A stretch of DNA of 34,513 nt from Deltaproteobacteria bacterium (GTDB taxonomy: Bacteria; JAEEML01), in assembly GCA_016283195.1 (NCBI GenBank), contig JAEEML010000009.1, positions 1-34,513 on the forward strand, given 5' to 3'. Every line of letters begins with the position of its first letter. The first letter of the stretch is position 1. This document shows, piece after piece, positions 1 to 8,012 of the stretch. The notes beneath the pieces are model-generated. The model worked only from the letters and a program-made list of their open reading frames with translations, did not search any database and was not told the origin of the DNA. The position numbers and the translations under genes are program-made.

Positions 1-147
1 AACGGGCGGGTGCACTTCACCGAGCGGCGGGAAGAGAACGAAAATTTTTAAGCCGAAAAGCCGGGGTGTGTTTCTTCCCTCTTGGCCTAATAAATGCAAT
101 TTGCTATTCTGCCCTTTGCACTGGTGCCCTTTAGAATAGGTGCTGCA

Positions 148-615
148 ATGGTCGAAAAAATAAAATTGCCGCTTATAAAAAATAAAAAAGCCCTCCGCGA
201 TTATGAAATACTCGAAAAGCTGGAGGCCGGAATTGCCCTTTTGGGCAGTGAGATCAAAGCTTGCCGCGCCGGCATGGCTGAGCTTTCTGATGCTTATGTA
301 GAGATAATAAACGGCGAAGCCTGGCTCTTTAACAGCCATATATCACCTTATGAAAAAGCCGGATATTTTAACCATGAGACCAAGCGCAAACGCCGTCTTT
401 TGCTGCACGCCCGCGAGCTGCATCGCTGGGAGCAAAAGGTCAAAGAGCGCGGCCTTACTATTGTGCCTCTCGATATGCACTTTAAAGGCGCTCTGCTTAA
501 GGTGGATATTGCTCTGGTGCGCGGACGCAGTAGCGTAGATAAGCGCAATGTTTTGGCCGAAAAAGAGGCTAAAAGAGAGATGGACAGAGCTATTAAATCA
601 GCTTTAAAAAAATAA
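148..615 (+). CDS. smpB: SsrA-binding protein SmpB
   Basis: Motifs NKKALRDY, EAGIALLGSEIK, HISPY, RKRRLLLH-like, GLTIVPL, DKR and a basic C-tail. Start moved from the track's 94 to ATG 148, giving a typical ~155 aa length. Confidence 0.95.
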   Translation: MVEKIKLPLIKNKKALRDYEILEKLEAGIALLGSEIKACRAGMAELSDAYVEIINGEAWLFNSHISPYEKAGYFNHETKRKRRLLLHARELHRWEQKVKERGLTIVPLDMHFKGALLKVDIALVRGRSSVDKRNVLAEKEAKREMDRAIKSALKK

Positions 616-636
616 TCTGGCGCCAGAGGTAAAAAG

Positions 637-2925
637 GTGAGCGAAGAAAGGCAAAGAATTATATATAGCGCTGAGGCCGGGGAAGCCTCCTTTACAGCCG
701 GCGTAAAATATGAACCTGTCACTGCCGGCGGAGCCCAAAAGCTCTCTTTTATGCCCCTTTGGGATCCACTCTTTGCCGGCGGCTGGCAGCTTACAGCAGA
801 CCGCCGCCAGGTTATGGATAGCTCCTGGGAATATACCTTTGAAGCGCAGCCTCTTGATAACGGCTTTAAAATGCGCCTTTTAGTACGCAATATTCAAAGT
901 GTGGCCGTAAAAGTCCATTATGTAGCTCCTTTCATTATTCATGTTTCCGATGGCACATATTTAAAATTAGATAATAATATTAATAAAATATCTTGGCTAC
1001 GCACTCTTGGTTATCAAACTGTTTCGGCTGCCGGCCTGGTGAAAACCGGCGAAAGACAGGCGCGTTGCCGTTTTTCTTCCATGCGCGACATGGCCGATAA
1101 TCCCTACCCAGACCACGCTCCGGAAGCCGGGTTTTATGTTTTGGACTGGCAAGGCAGCCTGGAATATGGCCATAGAGCTCTAATCTTTTCGGCCATTACC
1201 TCCGAAAAAGCTGTAACCCAAGGGCTCCTCAAAAGTAGCGGAGAACAACTTATCACGCTAAGGATCGCCAGCCTTTTTGGCGGCCTTATCTTAGAGCCCG
1301 GCCAGGAGCTCGCTTCAGACTGGCTGGCCATTACTTTTAGTAGCGATATTCCCAAAGCGCTAAGCACTCTTACTGCTGCCTGGGGAAAAGCCATGAATGC
1401 CCGCTTGGCCCCCGAGGCCGCGCCGGCCGGTTGGCGGCCGGAACTCCGCTATCGCAATCGCTTAAACGAAGAAGAGCTCAATAGAAATCTGCAAGAAATC
1501 AGTAAAATACATGCTGATTTACCTATATCGCTCATAACTCTCGGCGACGGCTACCAAGCGGCAGTCGGCGATTGGCTCACTCCAAGCAGCCGCTACCGCG
1601 ATATTCCGGCCGCCATAAGTGCCATTAAAGAGGCCGGTTTGACACCGGCTATCTGGCTCGCCCCATTTGTTTGCCAATCGGATTCTAAGCTAATGCATAA
1701 GCACCAGGACTGGCTCTTAAAAGAGCCTTCCGGCGCTCCTAAGGTGGCCGGCAACAACAATATTTGGCGCGGCCGTTTTTACGCTCTCGATGCCAGCAAT
1801 CCAGATTTTTTAGCCGAACTCACCAAGTGGTTTACCACCCTTAAAGAGGTCGGCGTCAGCCATTTTAAATTAGATTTTCTCTATGCTGCCGCCCTGCCCG
1901 GCCGGCGCTATAACAAAGAACTTACCGGCATTGGCGCTCTGCGCTCCGCACTCCTCGCCATAAGAGAAGCCATAGGTAATGAGGCTTATTTGGCCTGCGA
2001 CGAAGTGCCTTTTGGCGCTGCTGTCGGTCTCGCCGATGCCATAGCTTGCAGCCCCAAAATCGAGCGCTTTTGGCAAAGTCAATTGCAAGAGCTCAGCACC
2101 GGCTCTACGAGCTTTCCGGCGGCGGAAAACGCCATTAGCGCCACCTTAAACCGCCTGCATCTGCAGCGCCGCCTGGCCCACTTATCGCCCTGCCTGGCTC
2201 TCTCGGCCGCAGCCCATGGCAATAAATTAACCAGTAAACAATTGCGCACCTTATATACCACGCTGGCCATCAGCGGCGGCGAGCTGGAATTTAGCGAAAA
2301 TATAGAGGAAATTTCAGCAGATATCGCTAGTTTAGCCAGGCTTTTACCCTTGCATTCCTTTACACCGGAAGTCATCGGCCTGGGCCAGGACATGGTGCCG
2401 GAAGTATTTAAGGTAAAAAACAGCGATGAGAGCGTTTTGGCTATTGCCTTTTTCAATTGGAGCGAGGGCCCTGTCACCAAAAGCCTTAATTTTACCGCTC
2501 TTGATACTACTGCTCCCAGCGGTTACCACCTCTATGATCCTTGGGAAAATACCTATTATGGTATTTGGGAAAAAAACGATTTAAAAGCCTATGATATCTC
2601 GCGCCATGGCTGTCGCCTCTTTATTGCCACCAGGCATGAAGATATGCCGCAACTGGTTGGTGTGGCTCCGCTCATTATGAGCCATCTGCTTCCCGGCATA
2701 GGTGCCGCTTATAACGCCGCACGCCAGGAATTATCCATTACTTTAAAAGGGTACATAAAACGCACTTTGGAATGTTTTGTGGCCTTTCCTTCTTGGTGCC
2801 GCGATAAAAAGGCTCTTCTTAGCGGCGGCACGCTTTTGGATACGCAAAAGCGCGGTTCTATTATGATTTATAAAATAAACTGCGCCGCAGATGAGGTGGT
2901 TTTATCCGTAACTTGCTCTTTCTAA
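637..2925 (+). CDS. GH36 (Thermotoga GalA-type) alpha-galactosidase-like protein with degenerate active site; no signal peptide
   Basis: GDGYQAAVGDW, PAIWLAPF, YALDASNP and HFKLDFLYA motifs of the GH36 TIM barrel. GTG start preceded by GAGG. The acid/base motif is altered (see findings). Confidence 0.8.
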   Translation: MSEERQRIIYSAEAGEASFTAGVKYEPVTAGGAQKLSFMPLWDPLFAGGWQLTADRRQVMDSSWEYTFEAQPLDNGFKMRLLVRNIQSVAVKVHYVAPFIIHVSDGTYLKLDNNINKISWLRTLGYQTVSAAGLVKTGERQARCRFSSMRDMADNPYPDHAPEAGFYVLDWQGSLEYGHRALIFSAITSEKAVTQGLLKSSGEQLITLRIASLFGGLILEPGQELASDWLAITFSSDIPKALSTLTAAWGKAMNARLAPEAAPAGWRPELRYRNRLNEEELNRNLQEISKIHADLPISLITLGDGYQAAVGDWLTPSSRYRDIPAAISAIKEAGLTPAIWLAPFVCQSDSKLMHKHQDWLLKEPSGAPKVAGNNNIWRGRFYALDASNPDFLAELTKWFTTLKEVGVSHFKLDFLYAAALPGRRYNKELTGIGALRSALLAIREAIGNEAYLACDEVPFGAAVGLADAIACSPKIERFWQSQLQELSTGSTSFPAAENAISATLNRLHLQRRLAHLSPCLALSAAAHGNKLTSKQLRTLYTTLAISGGELEFSENIEEISADIASLARLLPLHSFTPEVIGLGQDMVPEVFKVKNSDESVLAIAFFNWSEGPVTKSLNFTALDTTAPSGYHLYDPWENTYYGIWEKNDLKAYDISRHGCRLFIATRHEDMPQLVGVAPLIMSHLLPGIGAAYNAARQELSITLKGYIKRTLECFVAFPSWCRDKKALLSGGTLLDTQKRGSIMIYKINCAADEVVLSVTCSF

Positions 2926-2964
2926 AGCCTAGCCGCATCAAAGTTCAAATCGGAGAAATTTTTT

Positions 2965-5250
2965 ATGTCCCGTAGCAGCAAATCAAAGAATAACGCCGTT
3001 CGCAAAAGCAGCAAAACTGCCGGCGAAAATGGTCACAAGCATAGCGCCGGAGGGGTTAAAGCCGTCATTGCCGCACTCTGGGCTGCCCCCAAAAGTGGCG
3101 AAAATTCTTTGGAATATAAGCCCAAAATGAACGCCGGCGTTTTAGCCGCCCTCTTTGCCGCCGCATTTTTTATCTTTTACTTAACTTCGGCGCCTACCAT
3201 TGTCACCGAAGGCGATGCCGCCGAGTTTACCGCTGCCGCCGCCGTGCGCGGCATTGCCCACCCTCCGGGTTATCCGGCCTATATTTTTCTCTCCTGGCTG
3301 ATAGGCCTAATTGTGCCGACCATGCACCTAGCCAGAGCGCTTAATTTGCTCTCGGTTTTGTGCGGAGCTTTAGCCGCCACCTCCATGGCCGCTATCATCA
3401 TCACCATGGCTCGGCGCTATAGCCATATTAAGCCGCTTACCGCCTATGCCGGTGCCGCCGTAGCCGCCCTCACTACCACCTTCAGCCTGGAAATTTGGAC
3501 TCAGGCCATAAGCGCCGAAGTTTATACCATGAGCCTTTTCATCATCTTTGCCTCTCTCTGGCTGAGTGTTCATGAAGTTGGCGAAAAATATCCGCAGATT
3601 ATCCTCTTTTTGCTGGCCTTTGGCTATGGTGTCCACCACACTATTATTGTGCTCTCGCTGCCAATTTTAGCCGAATACTTCTTCCGCACCCGCCTGAATA
3701 TGCGCGGGCGCTATATGCTCACCTTGCTGGTCATAGCCTTGGTGCCGGCCTTTTTAATCTTTAAAAATTCCGTAAAAATTGCCCAGTTGGATTTTGGCGG
3801 GCGCCTAGTACTGGCCTCAGTTTTTATTATTATTGCCACCGTAATTAGCCTTATTTTTTACAAAAAAGGCGGTTACAAAGGCACTAAAACAGAGATAATT
3901 ACCTCCTGGCTCGCCTATTTGTTTGGCCTTTCATTTTACCTCTATTTGCCGCTCGCCAGTAGCGCCAACCCACCGATGGATTTTGTCAACCCGGAGACTT
4001 ACAAGGGCTTTTGGGACCTCATCACCATGGCCGGTATGCCCTCTTTAAATCCGGAATCGCGCGACCTCGCCATGTGGAGCGCCCAGTTCGGCTCATTTTT
4101 TAGCCAGTGGTGGCGCCAGTTCCCGGCGGCCGTTTTTCCGTTTATCGCTCTTGGGCTCATCTTAATTTTGGCCGCTCCATTTAGTGAGTACCTAGGCAAA
4201 AAAGATTTTATCTATGGCCCCTGGACTTTTTACATGGTGCTGCTCGCCATCTTTCTGGGCACTACTTGGGGCTATATCACCATCACCAACTTTACTCCGG
4301 GCAGCAGCTTTGAAAACGAAGTGCGCGTTTTTTATCTCCCGGCTTACGGCATTTGCGCTATAGCCGCCGGCCTGGCTCTCATCTGCATCTGCCACTTTTT
4401 ACCGCAAAAACTTGTAATTTTTACCAAAAGGCCAATTTTACCGGCAAGTTGCCTTATTATCTGGCTTATCATTGCCGCTTTTTGGCTGGGGCAAAACTGG
4501 CATAGCCAGGATAAATCAAAGAATTACATTGCCTATAATTATGGGCTTGATTTGCTAAAAGCCGTGCCGGAAGGAGGCATTATTTTCACTCCCGGCGACA
4601 ATGCCGCTCAGCCAATTTTTTATTTTCAACAGGTAGAAAAGCGCTTCACCAAAGTGGCCGCCATCCATATTCCGCTCATTCCTTTCCCTTGGTACAAAGA
4701 TATGCTGGAGCGCATTTACCCCGATCTCACCATTCCCCGGCGGGCCCGCACTCCGCTCGATATCATAAGAGCCAATATTGACAAGCGCCCTGTTTATTTT
4801 GTGCGCGCCGTGCCGGAAAAGGATATCCCCGGCTTTAAAGTTACTCCGGCCGGTTTTATTTACCGCGTATTACCGGAGGGAGCCCCCTATACGCCAAAGC
4901 TGCCGGACATAAGCAATTATGCACATTTATTTGAATATCATAAAATAGCCACCGATCTTAGAGAAGAATCCATCTATGCCGAATACCGCGACGGCTTTTT
5001 AAAACAGAGCATCGCCTTTTTGGAGAATCAGCAACTGGCCAGCGCCATAAAGATGCTGGAATTTACCGTCTCCCTGCCGCAAATGAATTTTATCGGCGAC
5101 AAACAGGTCTATGCTTATGCCGTTTTTACCCTGGCTCAAAGCTATGCCATTAGCGGTAACAAGGAGAAAGCCATAGACCTGGGCGCCAGGTTGGTAAAGG
5201 AACGCCCCGATTTTACCCCGGTAAAAAAATGGCTCAGCAACTTGAAATGA
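2965..5250 (+). CDS. DUF2723 / TMEM260-like multi-pass membrane GT-C glycosyltransferase with C-terminal soluble domain and TPR-like end
   Basis: GDAAEF, AHPPGYP, AEVYT, HHT, YLYLP and GDN motifs. More than 10 hydrophobic segments. C-terminal YAYAVFTLAQSYAISGNKEKAIDL...PDF is TPR-like. Confidence 0.8.
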   Translation: MSRSSKSKNNAVRKSSKTAGENGHKHSAGGVKAVIAALWAAPKSGENSLEYKPKMNAGVLAALFAAAFFIFYLTSAPTIVTEGDAAEFTAAAAVRGIAHPPGYPAYIFLSWLIGLIVPTMHLARALNLLSVLCGALAATSMAAIIITMARRYSHIKPLTAYAGAAVAALTTTFSLEIWTQAISAEVYTMSLFIIFASLWLSVHEVGEKYPQIILFLLAFGYGVHHTIIVLSLPILAEYFFRTRLNMRGRYMLTLLVIALVPAFLIFKNSVKIAQLDFGGRLVLASVFIIIATVISLIFYKKGGYKGTKTEIITSWLAYLFGLSFYLYLPLASSANPPMDFVNPETYKGFWDLITMAGMPSLNPESRDLAMWSAQFGSFFSQWWRQFPAAVFPFIALGLILILAAPFSEYLGKKDFIYGPWTFYMVLLAIFLGTTWGYITITNFTPGSSFENEVRVFYLPAYGICAIAAGLALICICHFLPQKLVIFTKRPILPASCLIIWLIIAAFWLGQNWHSQDKSKNYIAYNYGLDLLKAVPEGGIIFTPGDNAAQPIFYFQQVEKRFTKVAAIHIPLIPFPWYKDMLERIYPDLTIPRRARTPLDIIRANIDKRPVYFVRAVPEKDIPGFKVTPAGFIYRVLPEGAPYTPKLPDISNYAHLFEYHKIATDLREESIYAEYRDGFLKQSIAFLENQQLASAIKMLEFTVSLPQMNFIGDKQVYAYAVFTLAQSYAISGNKEKAIDLGARLVKERPDFTPVKKWLSNLK

Positions 5251-5256
5251 AAATTC

Positions 5257-5295
5257 TCAATTTTAAAATTGAATCTTTTTTCTACTTGCTATAAG
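5257..5295 (+). promoter_or_regulatory. Putative extended -10 promoter for the GAF-cheY-trk operon, with an overlapping 16-bp palindrome
   Basis: TGcTATAAG at 5287-5295 and TTGAAT at 5269-5274. Perfect palindrome TCAATTTTAAAATTGA at 5257-5272. Confidence 0.4.
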
Positions 5296-5380
5296 GTGGG
5301 GCGGTAGTGTGCGCGGCTTAAGGTAGCTATTTTCCGAAAGCTACCGCCAGTAGCCGTTTCAATTACGTTTTAGGTGCAAT

Positions 5381-6217
5381 ATGGGTGACATACAGGGAGG
5401 CGGCGTTTCTGGTGACGGTTACATCGAACGCCGCGAAGAAATCATGGCAGTGATGAAAAAAACTGCCTCATTTACCGAGGAGCTCTTGCAGGAAAATGAG
5501 CGTCTTCGGCAGCGGGTGTCAACTCTGGAAGCCCAGAAGAGTATGCCAGTGGCTGCCGATAACTCATTTGTCCAGGAGCTCATGGAACGCCTCAAACAAA
5601 CAGAAAACGATAAGCAGGAGCTCTTCAGCCGTTTTCAGGAAGTTTCTGAAGAGAATCGCAACTTTGCCGAGCGCTATGTAGAAATAGAAGCCGAGAACAA
5701 CAACCTCGCCAACCTCTATGTAGCCTCTTATCAGTTGCACTCCACTCTTGATTTTGACGAAGTTATTCAGATTATTACTGAAATTGTCATCAATCTCATT
5801 GGTGCCGAGGCCTTTGCCATTGCCCTCATCGATCCCAAAACCGAGGTGGTTAAAGCTGTTTCGGCCGAGGGCATCCGCCAGGAAGAATTTCCTACTGTTA
5901 AGCTGGGTGAAGGAGTTATCGGCAAAGTACTCGCCGATGGCGAACCTTTTATCCCGGATGCTCTGGACCCCGAAGCCAAGATTGATTTGACTAAACCGAT
6001 TGTTGCCGTTCCTCTAAAGATTAAAGATCTGGTCTTTGGTGTTTTGTGCATTTACCGTTTCTTTGAGCAAAAGAAGGAACTGGTGGATGTGGACCGCGAG
6101 CTCTTTACTCTGCTTGCCGGCCACGCTGCCACAGCAATTTTTTCCTCACGGCTTTATACCGATTCAAACCGCAAGTTGCAAACCATCCAGGGTTTGATTC
6201 AGCTTATGGCCTCGTGA
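5381..6217 (+). CDS. Coiled-coil + GAF domain signalling protein
   Basis: Heptad-rich N-terminal half (ELLQENERLRQRV...), then NLYVASYQLHSTLDF and a GAF fold (GEGVIGKV, AVPLK...FGVLCI, LLAGHAATAI). No output domain. Confidence 0.85.
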   Translation: MGDIQGGGVSGDGYIERREEIMAVMKKTASFTEELLQENERLRQRVSTLEAQKSMPVAADNSFVQELMERLKQTENDKQELFSRFQEVSEENRNFAERYVEIEAENNNLANLYVASYQLHSTLDFDEVIQIITEIVINLIGAEAFAIALIDPKTEVVKAVSAEGIRQEEFPTVKLGEGVIGKVLADGEPFIPDALDPEAKIDLTKPIVAVPLKIKDLVFGVLCIYRFFEQKKELVDVDRELFTLLAGHAATAIFSSRLYTDSNRKLQTIQGLIQLMAS

Positions 6218-6253
6218 GCAAATAATGATGAATAACCACTAAGAGATAAAAAG

Positions 6254-6631
6254 ATGGCTAAATTTACTGCATTAGTTGTTGAAGATTCACCCACCATGCG
6301 GCAGCTTATCTGCTTTGCTTTAAGGCGCGTGCGGGAAGTAACCGTGGTTGAAGCAAACGATGGTGTAGATGGTTTAAAGAAATTAAGTCAGCACCATGTC
6401 GATATTTTGCTGACCGATATAAATATGCCCATCATGGACGGCCTAAAGCTGGTTTCGATGGTCAGGAAAGATGCCAATTACAAAGAATTACCCATTATCA
6501 TCATAACCACCGAAGGTTCACCGGAGGATCGCCAGCGGGCTCTGGCTCTCGGAGCTAATGCTTACATTACCAAGCCCATACAAGCACCACAGGTTATCAG
6601 CCAGGTAAAATCATTATTAAAGCTCCCTTAA
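6254..6631 (+). CDS. Single-domain CheY-like response regulator
   Basis: VVEDS acidic pocket, TDINMP phospho-acceptor Asp, ITTE and YITKP; 125 aa. Confidence 0.92.
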   Translation: MAKFTALVVEDSPTMRQLICFALRRVREVTVVEANDGVDGLKKLSQHHVDILLTDINMPIMDGLKLVSMVRKDANYKELPIIIITTEGSPEDRQRALALGANAYITKPIQAPQVISQVKSLLKLP

Positions 6632-6646
6632 TCCGGCCTTAGTTCC

Positions 6647-8011
6647 ATGCGTATTCTGATCATTGGTGCCGGTGATATTGGTTATACCATTGCTTCCCGG
6701 CTCGTTTCCGAGGGCGCGGAAGTAGTGGTGGTCGAAAGCGACCCGGCGCGCCGGCAATATTGCAACAACACTCTTGATTTAATGGTTTTTGACGGCAATG
6801 GTTCCGATCCGACAATTCTCAAAGAGGCGGGCATTGAAGTAGCCGACATGGTGGTAGCCGTCACCAAACAAGATGAAGTAAATATCACCGCCTGCCTTTT
6901 GGCCAAAATACTGGCTCCCAAAAGCACGCGCATTGCCCGCATAAGAAATCCCGAGCTTTCCAAACTTAGCGCTCTTTATGGCATAGAGGCCCTGGATTTG
7001 GCTCTCACCATCCACCCGGAAGGGCTGGTAGCTAAAAAGGTAAGCGACCTCTTAAACCACGACGGCGCGGTAGATTATATCAGCTTTGCCGACGGTATGC
7101 TCAATGTTCTGGGTATTCCGGTGCCCAAAGAGAGCCCGATTGTCGGCCAAAAACTCATGGATTTAGGCCAAAAATATGATTGGTGGCACAAAATTCTTTT
7201 GGCGGCCGTCCAGCGCGGCAGCGAAGTACTTATTCCGCGCGGTAATCTGGTAATTAATGCCAAAGATGTCCTTTATACCGTCACCACCCAGAGCTCTAAA
7301 AGCGAGGTGATGGCGCTCTTAAATTGCCCGGGCAAAGAGCCTAAAAATATCATGATGTATGGCAGCAATCATGTGGCCCGCGCTATTTTAGATCATCTGG
7401 AAAAAGAGGGGCTGGCTGTCAAATTAATAGAGCCCTCCATGGCGCGTTGCGAGGCCCTGGCCGATAAAGTGGCTTCTTCTACCGCCATTCTCCATGGCGA
7501 AGGCACCGATGAAACACTTTTAAAGAGCGAAAATATCCGCGGTATGGATGCCTTTATTGCCTGTTCGGAAGAAGAAGAAACCAATATTTTAGCTGCTGTT
7601 TTGGCCAAAAGACTGGGCGCCCGCTCGGTCATCGCCGTTACCAATAAGCTGATTTTTATGCCTATTTTAGCCGCCAACGGCATCAATATTGCCGTTAGCC
7701 CCAGCTACACCGCCATTGGCTCAATTTTGCAGTTTATCCGCCTGGGCCGCGTGCTTTCGGTGCAGCCGTTTTTTGACGATAGTGCCGAATTTATTGAATT
7801 TATCGTGCCGGAGGAGGCCCCGATTGTAGGGCAGGAACTGCGCAATTTTAAATTGCCGCACGAATCCATTCTCACCTCCATTGTGCGCCGCGATGAAGTA
7901 GTTATCCCGCGCGGGGAAACCATCATCGAGGCCGGAGACCGCGTTTTGGTCTTTACCAAGAGACGAGCCGTCCACAAAGTGGAGCAGGTTTTCTCCGCCG
8001 AAGTGAATTAA
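6647..8011 (+). CDS. trkA: Trk system potassium uptake protein TrkA (tandem RCK domains)
   Basis: MRILIIGAGDIG nucleotide-binding start, DEVN, IPRG motif twice, duplicated RCK-N/RCK-C layout; 454 aa. Confidence 0.93.
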   Translation: MRILIIGAGDIGYTIASRLVSEGAEVVVVESDPARRQYCNNTLDLMVFDGNGSDPTILKEAGIEVADMVVAVTKQDEVNITACLLAKILAPKSTRIARIRNPELSKLSALYGIEALDLALTIHPEGLVAKKVSDLLNHDGAVDYISFADGMLNVLGIPVPKESPIVGQKLMDLGQKYDWWHKILLAAVQRGSEVLIPRGNLVINAKDVLYTVTTQSSKSEVMALLNCPGKEPKNIMMYGSNHVARAILDHLEKEGLAVKLIEPSMARCEALADKVASSTAILHGEGTDETLLKSENIRGMDAFIACSEEEETNILAAVLAKRLGARSVIAVTNKLIFMPILAANGINIAVSPSYTAIGSILQFIRLGRVLSVQPFFDDSAEFIEFIVPEEAPIVGQELRNFKLPHESILTSIVRRDEVVIPRGETIIEAGDRVLVFTKRRAVHKVEQVFSAEVN

Positions 8012-8012
8012 T

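Noticed and set aside
1..147. Possible tmRNA (ssrA) or other RNA next to smpB; GGGAAGA/TCTTCCC pairing
   Set aside because: No tRNA-like ends (GGGG..., T-loop, CCA) on either strand. The stretch may be the end of an upstream CDS (frame 1 stops at 49-51) and is too short to call.
94..147. N-terminal extension of SmpB in the ORF track
   Set aside because: SmpB similarity begins after ATG 148; the extension is a longest-ORF artefact.
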